A program made the translations under genes and the position numbers. This document shows, piece after piece, positions 35,036-43,204 of a DNA stretch of 64,000 nt (positions within the stretch are counted from its first letter, which is position 1; every line of letters begins with the position of its first letter). The stretch is from Candidatus Pacearchaeota archaeon (GTDB taxonomy: Archaea > Nanobdellota > Nanobdellia > Pacearchaeales > GW2011-AR1). The DNA lies in assembly GCA_019659125.1 (NCBI GenBank), contig JAIFVX010000001.1:502097-566096 (forward strand), given 5' to 3'. The notes beneath the pieces were generated by a model. It saw only the letters and a program-made list of their open reading frames with translations. It searched no databases and was not told the DNA's origin.

Positions 35036-36883
35036 TCATTCACTCATTTCTTTTAGTTTCTTAAGAGTCTCTTCCATCTCCCTGTCTCGTGGTGGAGCTC
35101 TTCGTGGTTGTACTGGTGCAGGACTTCTTACAGGCGCAAACCCAGAGGGCCGTGGCCTGAATCCTCCGATTGATCCTGGAGAGGAAGGAGGCAGTGGTCG
35201 AGTATATGGTGAGCTGCTTCCCTTTCCTCGCGCCTTGAAGAGCATGATTCTTATCTTATTTCTAAAGAGTATGCCGAGGGCAACAAGCACAATAAGAATC
35301 CCAAGGATCCATATCCATAACTTTGATCCTGATGAAGCAGGTGTTTCCTTAGCTATGCAACATACTTGTGATGTGTCTGCACAGAGTGCATTCAATTCAT
35401 CCTGATCGCTTCCGCATGAGGCACTGCAACTTCCCTGAGCCTGTTCACATTCATTGGTCTGGACAGGTAAAACCTGACACGATCCAATACAGCAACTTCC
35501 ATCAATTGCCTGTTGTGTAGTTCCAGAACACGTCTGCCCGCTTGAGCAGATGAGTCCTCCCCGCTGCGTGCATGTCTGTTGTTGAGGGTGAACCGAGCAA
35601 CACACTCTGGCGTCAGCACATTGGAATGATTCATAGACACTTCCTTGCGCTTCAAGGCATGACAGTCTCCCTTCACAAGAATATCCTGCAGAGGTGCATG
35701 AAGTGCTTGGAGCGCTTCCTCCATCATGGGGCACGGATGATCTTCCCCATCCTGAATATAATATGAATCCTGTATCGCGGATATTATTATTGTTCCAGCA
35801 TCCTTGTGGAGTCTGAATGGAGAGTAAATATGATCTCGCATTATCAGCCTCAAGTGCATTCCTTCCCTGGAGTGCCAGCAATGCTAAACTTGTATCATAG
35901 AATGTGTTGTAAGGAGTTGCAGACATCTCCCAATACTTTCCACTCTTCTGGCTCTGGATGATGTCAGAGTAGTAATCATCTCCACCTGTGATGCTGAATA
36001 TGAATGAGCTTGGGAAGTATCGTGTGTTGTCAGAGGCCAGCGCCGTCAAATACGGAATGAATGGAGCAGGATCATTTCCTGTCTTCTGTAATGCAAGGGC
36101 AGCCCATAAGCTTCCTTCATAATCGCATGAGCTTCCTGTCTTGAAGCATTGTGCTCCAACGCTTTCCCGTGTTGTGCCAAGTCGTGGAGCGGAATTCGTT
36201 GTAGGAGCGACATACACCGTTCCCCCGCCCGACTTCTGATACAAAAGCGTGGTTACAAAATCTTCCGTGCATGAAACTTCAAATTGCGTGTTCAAGCAGT
36301 TCTGCTGTACCTTCAGCCAATATCCTGAAGGGGATATCGAAAGGCAGCTTCCAGGATTTCCTGAAAGGGTCATGTCGTCATTCACCTGGATGGTTGCCTT
36401 GGTGTTCCCATAACTGATCGTGCATGATGCAGCTCCGTGATTGGATATATCGGCCTCAAGATACCAGGTAAGGTCGCTTGGAGTTCCATTCCGTGTGAGG
36501 AGCCAGTTCTCAATGTCTTGCGTGTTCTTTCCAATGCGTTCATAAGCGAGAGCAACTTGCGATGTCTCTTTCAGCGTGCATCCAGATTTAGGCCAGCAAT
36601 TACTCCCTGCATTGTTCTGTATCGTATCAAGGAGAGATTGCTTGGAGCCAAGAGCAAGGATTCCAAACACCGCTTCCTGCAATGAAAAGCTTGTCTTGTT
36701 CTTTATCTGATTCTCTAGACACTGATATGCCTTGTCAACACCTTGTGTCGCCCCCGGAGTCTGAGGCAATGCCCCCGAACTAGGGAGTGTCCTATTTCCA
36801 GCCGTAGAGTTAGAATCATTTGCTGCGGCACTGACCATAATAAGTGAAAGAAACAGCACACAGACAAGGAGACTCTTTTTCAT
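35036..36883 (-). CDS. Surface protein (start ATG 36883) with alpha/alpha-toroid (prenyltransferase/terpene-cyclase-like) repeats, a triple Cys-rich module, a TM anchor and a Pro-rich cytoplasmic tail
   Basis: Signal MKKSLLVCVLFLSLIMVSAAA. Repeats of the type LWAALALQKTG, SLALLALQG, LLSIQTPQGCWNNN. About 118 aa holding 19 Cys. TM LWIWILGILIVLVALGILF. Tail RPLPPSSPGSIGGFRPRPSGFAPVRSPAPVQPRRAPP. Confidence 0.6.
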   Translation of the reverse strand: MKKSLLVCVLFLSLIMVSAAANDSNSTAGNRTLPSSGALPQTPGATQGVDKAYQCLENQIKNKTSFSLQEAVFGILALGSKQSLLDTIQNNAGSNCWPKSGCTLKETSQVALAYERIGKNTQDIENWLLTRNGTPSDLTWYLEADISNHGAASCTISYGNTKATIQVNDDMTLSGNPGSCLSISPSGYWLKVQQNCLNTQFEVSCTEDFVTTLLYQKSGGGTVYVAPTTNSAPRLGTTRESVGAQCFKTGSSCDYEGSLWAALALQKTGNDPAPFIPYLTALASDNTRYFPSSFIFSITGGDDYYSDIIQSQKSGKYWEMSATPYNTFYDTSLALLALQGRNALEADNARSYLLSIQTPQGCWNNNNIRDTGFILYSGWGRSSVPHDGGSAPSTSCTSAGYSCEGRLSCLEAQGSVYESFQCADARVCCSVHPQQQTCTQRGGLICSSGQTCSGTTQQAIDGSCCIGSCQVLPVQTNECEQAQGSCSASCGSDQDELNALCADTSQVCCIAKETPASSGSKLWIWILGILIVLVALGILFRNKIRIMLFKARGKGSSSPYTRPLPPSSPGSIGGFRPRPSGFAPVRSPAPVQPRRAPPRDREMEETLKKLKEMSE

Positions 36884-36917
36884 TGTTCTTCGAGGTATAT
36901 TTTGTTTAAAAATGTTC

Positions 36918-38474
36918 TTAGTGCCGTTGCCGTGCCTTTCGAAGTACCTCGACAATAGGATTTTTTGCCTCTGGCTTCTTCTCAATCAATCCAAGGTCCT
37001 TGTAGAAAGATTGATTGTCATAGTTTGGAGGGAGGATTTGCTTTTTCTGCTTGAAATGCCAGTCTAACTGGTTTTTGACATACCCCTCTCTGAGAGGAGG
37101 CTCATTCAACATATTCCATGCCTTTATCTTCTCATGTATTTTCTCAGGAGAGAAATTAAGCGATCTCAAGAAAGTAATCAGGATGAACAATCCTCGCTTC
37201 TTCCCGTCCTTCAAGCCCTTGAGCAGTTTCTGGATAGGGGCAGGGAACATGTCATCCTCAATATGTCCAAGATCGATCTTCTCATAGGTATATTTTGTAT
37301 AGTCCTTCTTTTCATACTGTTCATCCTGCGCTGTCCGTGCCTGCTTCCATGAAAGGGCGGCGGCAAGCAGTTTCTTTGCCTCCCCTTCCTCTTGTTCAGG
37401 TACAAACTCCCTGATTTTGATCTGCATAGGGTTTGCATCCTTGGGAGAGAAATTTTCCAATTCTTGTTTTGTCAGCACAACACTGGCAAGTGCCGTCTTC
37501 TCATGCAAAGAATAAGGAGTCCTGAATAAATGTCGTGGAGCGACAAGCACAAGGTCAAGTGCAGCAACCTTCTCCGCGTGCACTCCTTTCACTGCCTCAA
37601 AATATTCGGGATACTTGTCAGATGAGAGAGGAAGCTTCTCATTGTCAGGATCTTTCTCATACTCGTCGTAATAATATTCTTTTGTGTCAGTCAATTCCAG
37701 AACTCCAGGGCATGAGGCATTCAGGCATCTCAATCTTCTCTTAGTGACTTTAGCATCTCTCCTATCAATCTTCATGTTGCACACAGGGCAGACAAAGTTC
37801 ATGACGTATCCTTTTTGTGCAGGCTTGTTTGACTTCGTGCAGATGATCTCCAGCAGCTGATCCTTTGACACGTTTGTCCTTCGTTCAATGGCTGCAAAAT
37901 CCGTCAGTATCTCCCCTGCCTGTTTATTATAATCTTTTCTAATATAATCCATGAGGAATTGTGAGATGGCCCGAGGCCATTCGGGGAACATCTCTCGTGT
38001 CTCCCTCTCCTGAAATACTCGAGGAAATGCCTTTCCAGAAATGATGAGATGGAATCCCTTGCTTCCCGAGAACTTTATCCCATAGTTCTTGATCCCATGC
38101 TGTTCCAATGCTGCAATGATCAGTTTTGCAGCAATCTTTGAGCAGTCAAGGAATGGTGAATCAATATCGATGAGCAGATCCCATGATTTCCTCGCAGCAC
38201 TCAGCTGATGCGAGCTCATGTCTGAGTTGATAGAGAGAGGATCATGCCAGAGTTCTTCGCTTCCATGAAAAGAAGTCGCTCCCTTATTTACTAACCCCAT
38301 GATGTCGGAAGGATATTGCAATGTGTCAGGTCTCTTCCCAAACCCTTCAAAATAGCGAGGCACAACCTCCCTATCCTTGGAAAACTTCAAAAGAAAATCC
38401 TGAACCTTCGGATTCGAATAATACAATTTCGTTATCGAACGAATCCTGTCTTCCTTCTCGCTTCTTTCCTCCAT
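36918..38474 (-). CDS. priS: Single-chain archaeo-eukaryotic DNA primase (PriS catalytic domain plus a C-terminal PriL-CTD/PriX-like helical domain)
   Basis: AEP motifs LLIDIDSP (DxD), SGSKGFHLII and RTPYSLHEKT. Zn ribbon CPVCN...CLNASCPG. C-terminal FPAPIQKLLKGLKDGKKRGLFILITFLRSLNFSPEKI resembles the FPPC..L....GR..L..FL helix bundle of PriL. Confidence 0.8.
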   Translation of the reverse strand: MEERSEKEDRIRSITKLYYSNPKVQDFLLKFSKDREVVPRYFEGFGKRPDTLQYPSDIMGLVNKGATSFHGSEELWHDPLSINSDMSSHQLSAARKSWDLLIDIDSPFLDCSKIAAKLIIAALEQHGIKNYGIKFSGSKGFHLIISGKAFPRVFQERETREMFPEWPRAISQFLMDYIRKDYNKQAGEILTDFAAIERRTNVSKDQLLEIICTKSNKPAQKGYVMNFVCPVCNMKIDRRDAKVTKRRLRCLNASCPGVLELTDTKEYYYDEYEKDPDNEKLPLSSDKYPEYFEAVKGVHAEKVAALDLVLVAPRHLFRTPYSLHEKTALASVVLTKQELENFSPKDANPMQIKIREFVPEQEEGEAKKLLAAALSWKQARTAQDEQYEKKDYTKYTYEKIDLGHIEDDMFPAPIQKLLKGLKDGKKRGLFILITFLRSLNFSPEKIHEKIKAWNMLNEPPLREGYVKNQLDWHFKQKKQILPPNYDNQSFYKDLGLIEKKPEAKNPIVEVLRKARQRH

Positions 38475-38523
38475 ATAATTTTAATCACGTTCTCTTTTAT
38501 AGAGTTTATTATACTCCCAGACT

Positions 38524-38540
38524 ACTATCAAGTGCAATAA
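38524..38540 (+). promoter_or_regulatory. Conserved 17-mer ACTATCAAGTGCAATAA abutting the TATA box of paralogue 1
   Basis: An identical 17-mer recurs at 39148-39164 in the same position relative to the TATA box and ATG of paralogue 2. Confidence 0.4.
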
Positions 38541-38571
38541 TACTTTTAAAGGGTAAGCAATCTCTTTCCAG

Positions 38572-39123
38572 ATGAAGTCTCTCCATAAAGTGACTCTTTA
38601 CAAAAGCATGGACTCAGTTTTCCCAAGAGAGAGTTCATTAAAAAATCTAGTAAAGGATGGAACGCCTATTCTCGCATTCAATAATAAAGATAGGAGCATT
38701 GAGCACCTTCCTGTACTGTTTATTTCCAATGGGAAGTTCTGGAATTTCGAACCTGATGAACAATTGATAAGCTATGCTGCTGCTCAAATACAATTTTCAG
38801 CGCATGCCTCTGCAAGCCTCTCTGTTCCTAACTTTTTTCAGCATAAAAAGTTAGAGGTTCATTGGAGAGGTAAATACTCGAAATTGTATCCTCCGTTAGA
38901 TGATGCCGGACTGTCTCGTGGGCCGTTAGGACTAGATTTTGGAGGACGTTTAGGTGATATAATCTGGACATATGATGATTCATTTCAAAGACGAGTGTAT
39001 GGAACTAATCCATCTCATTATAGTCCAACCCATCTTCTCATCGGAGATGAAGTGGGACCAAGCATTCGGGAGTATATCCGGAATAGAGGGTATCTAGCGC
39101 CAGAAGTTCTCTCTCCAGTATAA
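38572..39123 (+). CDS. Orphan family paralogue 1 (183 aa)
   Basis: Shares blocks with the next two ORFs: TPILAF..LPVLFISNG, ISYAAAQI, KKLEVHWRG, YSPTHLLIGDE, ..YLAP. Confidence 0.6.
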   Translation: MKSLHKVTLYKSMDSVFPRESSLKNLVKDGTPILAFNNKDRSIEHLPVLFISNGKFWNFEPDEQLISYAAAQIQFSAHASASLSVPNFFQHKKLEVHWRGKYSKLYPPLDDAGLSRGPLGLDFGGRLGDIIWTYDDSFQRRVYGTNPSHYSPTHLLIGDEVGPSIREYIRNRGYLAPEVLSPV

Positions 39124-39147
39124 TGGACATTATTATGCTCGCTCACC

Positions 39148-39164
39148 ACTATCAAGTGCAATAA
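39148..39164 (+). promoter_or_regulatory. Second copy of the 17-mer ACTATCAAGTGCAATAA, upstream of paralogue 2
   Basis: Exact repeat of 38524-38540. It is followed by gatttataag (TATA) about 25 nt before ATG 39196. Confidence 0.4.
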
Positions 39165-39195
39165 GATTTATAAGCAATTCATAAATGTATTTTAC

Positions 39196-39681
39196 ATGAA
39201 TATGTGGTTTAGCGTGAAGTTGTGGGAGCCTCCACGAAGAAGCGATCTTGAAAGGTTCATCCTATCAAGGAATCCCGTGCTTGCGATACATGATGATGGA
39301 GAGCAACCGGAATCACCTCTCTTTATCCTTCCCACCGGAAGAGCGCAGAACTTCGAGCACTATACCAAGATATCGGCATATGCTGTTGCACGCATTTCAG
39401 AGCTTCCTCTTTCAAAGAAGCTCTCATTTGAATACATGGGGGACAGGCAGCGCCTGCATGAAACCCTTAACCTAGGTAATATCAAGCTCCCTCTATTTTT
39501 TGGTTATGGAGGAGATGTGAAACTTCATCATAATCCCGACCTTGAATGGACGCACAAGGATGGAAAGGAAGAGATAGCATACTCTCCTAGCGAGCTTTTG
39601 ATAGGGCAAGGCGCGCTACGATACATCGAGCAATGGACTGAATCCCTTCAGGCGCAGCAGAGAGTCCTAGCCGCTCCCTAA
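39196..39681 (+). CDS. Orphan family paralogue 2 (161 aa)
   Basis: Family blocks NPVLAI..SPLFILPTG, ISAYAVARI, KKLSFEYMG, YSPSELLIGQGAL, ..VLAAP. Confidence 0.6.
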   Translation: MNMWFSVKLWEPPRRSDLERFILSRNPVLAIHDDGEQPESPLFILPTGRAQNFEHYTKISAYAVARISELPLSKKLSFEYMGDRQRLHETLNLGNIKLPLFFGYGGDVKLHHNPDLEWTHKDGKEEIAYSPSELLIGQGALRYIEQWTESLQAQQRVLAAP

Positions 39682-39711
39682 ATTATTTATACCTGCATAC
39701 CCTAGCAGTGT

Positions 39712-40158
39712 GTGGATGTATATGGAGTCCGCCTTACTGGTCCGAGAACTGGCCTTGAAAAACTAATCAAAAATCGGACTCCCCTTCTTGCTCTTGATGA
39801 ATCCACTCCAAGCTCTCCCCTTTTCTGTATCTCGGCAGATTATGCAAAGATCGATGAACGCTTTCTTTTCCTCCAAGCCCTTGCAGCAGCCAGGATTTTT
39901 CCCCCCTCAATGGAAGGAAGAAAGCTCCGGCTATTCTGGTTTGGAAGCAGGCGATCATTATCATCTGCAATAAGAAAGGCAGGCATCTGCCTCGGTGACG
40001 AGGAATACGGCAGCGATGTCGAATGGCAGCGCAATACCTATGAGGGATACCTTGCCGGAGAGGCGAAATGGTATGTCGACTACACGCCCACAAACCTCTT
40101 AGTGGGAAAAGAGGCCCTCGAAGAACTGAAGCGCCTCTCAGATTGTCTAGCACCATAA
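39712..40158 (+). CDS. Orphan family paralogue 3 (148 aa, GTG start)
   Basis: Family blocks TPLLAL..SPLFCIS, LQALAAARI, RKLRLFWFG, YTPTNLLVGKEAL, ..CLAP. Visibly GC-richer than paralogue 1. Confidence 0.55.
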   Translation: MDVYGVRLTGPRTGLEKLIKNRTPLLALDESTPSSPLFCISADYAKIDERFLFLQALAAARIFPPSMEGRKLRLFWFGSRRSLSSAIRKAGICLGDEEYGSDVEWQRNTYEGYLAGEAKWYVDYTPTNLLVGKEALEELKRLSDCLAP

Positions 40159-40189
40159 TCCTTAAAAGCATCATCTGGTGAGTAAAGAA

Positions 40190-40918
40190 ATGCAGTTAAA
40201 ATTGGATAATCCTAAGATATTCGCGGACATCGTCTCAATTATCTCAGAGCTGGTCACCGAGGTCAAATTGAAGCTTACTAATGAAGGCATGTCACTGACT
40301 GCCGTTGATCCTGCCAATGTTGCCATGGTCTACTTCAAGATCCCTGCAGACCTGTTCTCTCAATTCGAATTGAAGAAGCACGAAATCCTTGGAATCAATC
40401 TCGAAAGTTTAAAGGCCGTACTGCGAAGAGTGAAACCAGGAAGTTCACTAACCCTAGAGAGGCATGAGAACATGTTGAAGCTAGGAATTCACGATCGGAT
40501 CAAGCGGGATTTCTCGCTTGCACTCTTGGATATAGAAACAGAAGAAAAGGAACTGCCTCACTGGGAATTCAACTCGGTAATAAAGATGAACGCAGAGTCA
40601 TTTGTGGAAGTCATTGAAGACTGTGCAATAGTATCGGATGCATGCACATTCATTGCAGAGCCTAACAAGTTTGTGGTAGAAGCGCATGGATTGAATTCAG
40701 CACGAGCAGAATTCTCTTCAGATGAATTGGAAATCCACTCAGGAAACTCTCTTGCGCGATTTTCCCTCGACTACCTGAACAAGTTCGTGAAAGGCGCAAA
40801 AGTCAGCGCCAGAGCAACACTCTCATTCTCAGACAATCATCCTATGAGAATTGACTTCCCCACAGGAAATGTCATGCTCTCCTTTGTCTTAGCACCACGA
40901 ATCGAACAGGAAGATTAA
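40190..40918 (+). CDS. pcn: DNA polymerase sliding clamp PCNA (start at ATG 40190)
   Basis: About 243 aa with a two-domain PCNA pattern (..FADIVSIISELVTEVKLKLTNEGMSLTAVDPANVAMV.., ..FSLDYLNKFVKGAK.., ..PMRIDF..). ccTTAAAAgc lies about 25 nt upstream of ATG 40190, so the track's GTG at 40178 is too close to the box. Confidence 0.9.
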   Translation: MQLKLDNPKIFADIVSIISELVTEVKLKLTNEGMSLTAVDPANVAMVYFKIPADLFSQFELKKHEILGINLESLKAVLRRVKPGSSLTLERHENMLKLGIHDRIKRDFSLALLDIETEEKELPHWEFNSVIKMNAESFVEVIEDCAIVSDACTFIAEPNKFVVEAHGLNSARAEFSSDELEIHSGNSLARFSLDYLNKFVKGAKVSARATLSFSDNHPMRIDFPTGNVMLSFVLAPRIEQED

Positions 40919-40919
40919 C

Positions 40920-41390
40920 ATGGATCTACGAAATTTTCTCGTCCTCGCAAAGAAAGATACCTATGCCAGTGGCAGGCCTGCCGAAAAACTTTCCGATGGC
41001 TGGGAGGGATATAGATTTGTTTCCTCTATCGGCACGGAGGAATGGGTCTATGAAGATAAGTTCTATGTCAAAAGCAATAACATTATCGGAAGGGAACTTG
41101 TTTCGTTAAATGGAACGCTGGAATGGGGGATGAATTATTGCGGAAACATTATCAAAGCAGCCCTCGCCCCGGACATTCCTGAGGAATCTATATGGACATG
41201 CTTGAAGAATGCCTTGAGCAATGTCACAATAGAACGACCCTATCGAGGGCCGAACGTATTTAGAGAGGGCGACATTGAATATAAATGTGGCGAGATTGGA
41301 AGCATAGATGGTTTTACCGGCATGGAACGAATGAGAGCCAAAGGGATAAAAGAAGTCTATAATCTAGCCTTCAATGGCGGTAAGCTTTAA
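40920..41390 (+). CDS. DUF5680-like protein
   Basis: N-terminus FLVLAKKDTYASG... and ..WGMNYCG.. resemble the DUF5680 pattern (AKk.TYAg...W.MNY.G) as I remember it. Confidence 0.5.
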   Translation: MDLRNFLVLAKKDTYASGRPAEKLSDGWEGYRFVSSIGTEEWVYEDKFYVKSNNIIGRELVSLNGTLEWGMNYCGNIIKAALAPDIPEESIWTCLKNALSNVTIERPYRGPNVFREGDIEYKCGEIGSIDGFTGMERMRAKGIKEVYNLAFNGGKL

Positions 41391-41779
41391 ATTTTGAATA
41401 TATCGAGAATATTGAATTGCTCGCCTTCTTTTCTGAAAGCATTACCAGCATACATATCGACATCCTGGAATGCTCGATAGATCCTATAGGTTTCAGAGTG
41501 ATTTCCCACACTGAACTTTAGAGTCATGATGGCCTTCGTGTCAGGGCTTATGCGTATGTCCTCAAGCTCATGAGCCCGTGAACTAGGATGATAAGACACT
41601 CCCATATACTCTCGAGGGTCAGCGCTGTAAGGAGCAATAATAGTGACTTTTCCAGTATCAGTATCCAATCGGGCAGCAACTATCTTCTTCAGGTCCTCAT
41701 TTCCTACTAGCTTTATGCCTTCAACGGCAAGGTGCTCAAGATCTAACTGTATCTTTGACTTTTCCATCGTTTCTATCAC
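41387..41779 (-). CDS. Hypothetical protein (130 aa)
   Basis: Clean ORF with a ggTTTAAAAgagg box upstream. No family recognised. Confidence 0.5.
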   Translation of the reverse strand: MIETMEKSKIQLDLEHLAVEGIKLVGNEDLKKIVAARLDTDTGKVTIIAPYSADPREYMGVSYHPSSRAHELEDIRISPDTKAIMTLKFSVGNHSETYRIYRAFQDVDMYAGNAFRKEGEQFNILDIFKI

Positions 41780-41856
41780 CCGGAGAGACCTCTTTTAAAC
41801 CTTTCTTCGTGCTCTATTATAGCAATCATTATAAATGAAGATATGGTGGGAAAATC

Positions 41857-42696
41857 ATGGCATGGGACCTAGAATTACTGACAAAGGCAATCAATCAAGC
41901 CTTTGATACACATGAAGCTGCAGCCTTTCTTCATGTGCCTCAACTTGCTTCTGAATTGCAGGACAATCCGAAGAAAGCGATCGATCGAATTGTTGGTGTG
42001 TACAATAAGGCACTTGATGATGCCTATGAAGGAGAACGTGCTATGGTGGAATCTCTGGCTGGCGGACCTCATGAGCGAATTCCATGGGCAGTCTACAACG
42101 CGGTTGGTGCAGTCTATCCCTATCTCGACAGGGATGTTAAAGATCATGCTGTAAGGCAGATCCTCAATATTCTTGATGAGCGCAATTATGTGGAGGTCAA
42201 TGGAGGCAGAGGAGCCGGTCACACCACAGGCATCCGCGAGCCACTCTTGCTTTCTGATATATGCCTTCCGAGAGGTTTTTACTGGCCAGGTCTTGATGAA
42301 GGAAAGGACGTCCTCAAACATTTTTCATTCTCAGGTATACGGGGAAACCTGATGACTGATGAAGGTATGTTCAAGCACTCATCATCAGCAGATGGTGGAG
42401 CAGGAAGACGAGGAATCAACAGCGACTTTGTCATGGCATACACGCTTCTAAGATCAGACCAATGTGCTTATGGAAACGATTACCTAGCGATAGCAAATCC
42501 TACATTCATCGATAGGACCGTTAAAGGAATTGTTGCGCTGCGATTTGGCAAGAACCTTGGAGAGCCTATGACTGATGAGAAGGTAGAAGAAGCCAGGCAG
42601 CGTCTCTTCACCCTTCTTCCTAAATCACTTCATGATCGTATTGATCCTCTTCGCGAGGAAAAAGACTGGATCGATACCAGCGGATTCCGATGGTAA
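41857..42696 (+). CDS. Hypothetical protein (279 aa)
   Basis: Clean ORF with a cattataaatg box about 22 nt upstream. Gly-rich NGGRGAGHTTG segment. No family recognised. Confidence 0.5.
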   Translation: MAWDLELLTKAINQAFDTHEAAAFLHVPQLASELQDNPKKAIDRIVGVYNKALDDAYEGERAMVESLAGGPHERIPWAVYNAVGAVYPYLDRDVKDHAVRQILNILDERNYVEVNGGRGAGHTTGIREPLLLSDICLPRGFYWPGLDEGKDVLKHFSFSGIRGNLMTDEGMFKHSSSADGGAGRRGINSDFVMAYTLLRSDQCAYGNDYLAIANPTFIDRTVKGIVALRFGKNLGEPMTDEKVEEARQRLFTLLPKSLHDRIDPLREEKDWIDTSGFRW

Positions 42697-42762
42697 CTAC
42701 CTGTTCCATAATATCTGTTCCTATACAACAATCTTTAATAGAGTGCTAAAGACAGTCTAGTG

Positions 42763-43194
42763 ATGAAATTCAAAGGGCTTATTCCTCTTGTCCTTCTCGC
42801 AGCAGGCTGTCAATCACATCAACCTATCGACTGGTATGATCCCAATGCTAAGAAACCCTCTCATGCTTTTCCAGTTACTCATCCTACCACAATACCAACA
42901 TCCCAACCTGAACCAAAGAAAGAGATAAAGAATCATCAACCAATCAGCTACCATGAGCACGTTGCATACGACAAGTACAAGAACCACCAAGAACGACATG
43001 CAGTCGATAGATTCAACGAGACCTTCAATCTCAAAGGGCCCTTGCAATTGCGAACACGAAGAAATGAAGCCACTATCTACGAGAACCAGCATGACATAGG
43101 GTTCATCAAGGTCGGCATCTTCAAAAGAAGAAGCTACTGGAACGACGAAGCCGGTGACCGTGGTTACACCTTCGGCCTTGAACTTGGGTTCTGA
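42763..43194 (+). CDS. Putative lipoprotein (lipobox LLAAGC)
   Basis: MKFKGLIPLVLLAAGCQSHQP: signal peptide ending in an L-A-A-G-C lipobox. Confidence 0.5.
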   Translation: MKFKGLIPLVLLAAGCQSHQPIDWYDPNAKKPSHAFPVTHPTTIPTSQPEPKKEIKNHQPISYHEHVAYDKYKNHQERHAVDRFNETFNLKGPLQLRTRRNEATIYENQHDIGFIKVGIFKRRSYWNDEAGDRGYTFGLELGF

Positions 43195-43204
43195 TTATTT
43201 GAAA

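Noticed and set aside
35007-35859. ORFs 35007..35405 (+), 35392..35859 (-) and 35572..35766 (+).
   Set aside because: These are alternative-frame or antisense reads of the Cys/Pro-rich 3' part of surface-protein gene 35036..36883. Biased composition suppresses stop codons there.
36884-36985. The N-terminal 34-aa extension of the surface-protein ORF, which overlaps the primase 3' end. Similar track extensions occur at 21952..22005, 23123..23143, 31092..31139 and 46139..46204.
   Set aside because: The downstream ATGs give canonical signal peptides or cofactor motifs and sit 22-28 nt from a TATA box. The extensions overlap neighbouring genes or promoters.
41875-42321. A 148-aa minus-strand ORF.
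   Set aside because: It is antisense to the 279-aa gene 41857..42696, which has the TATA box at the correct spacing.
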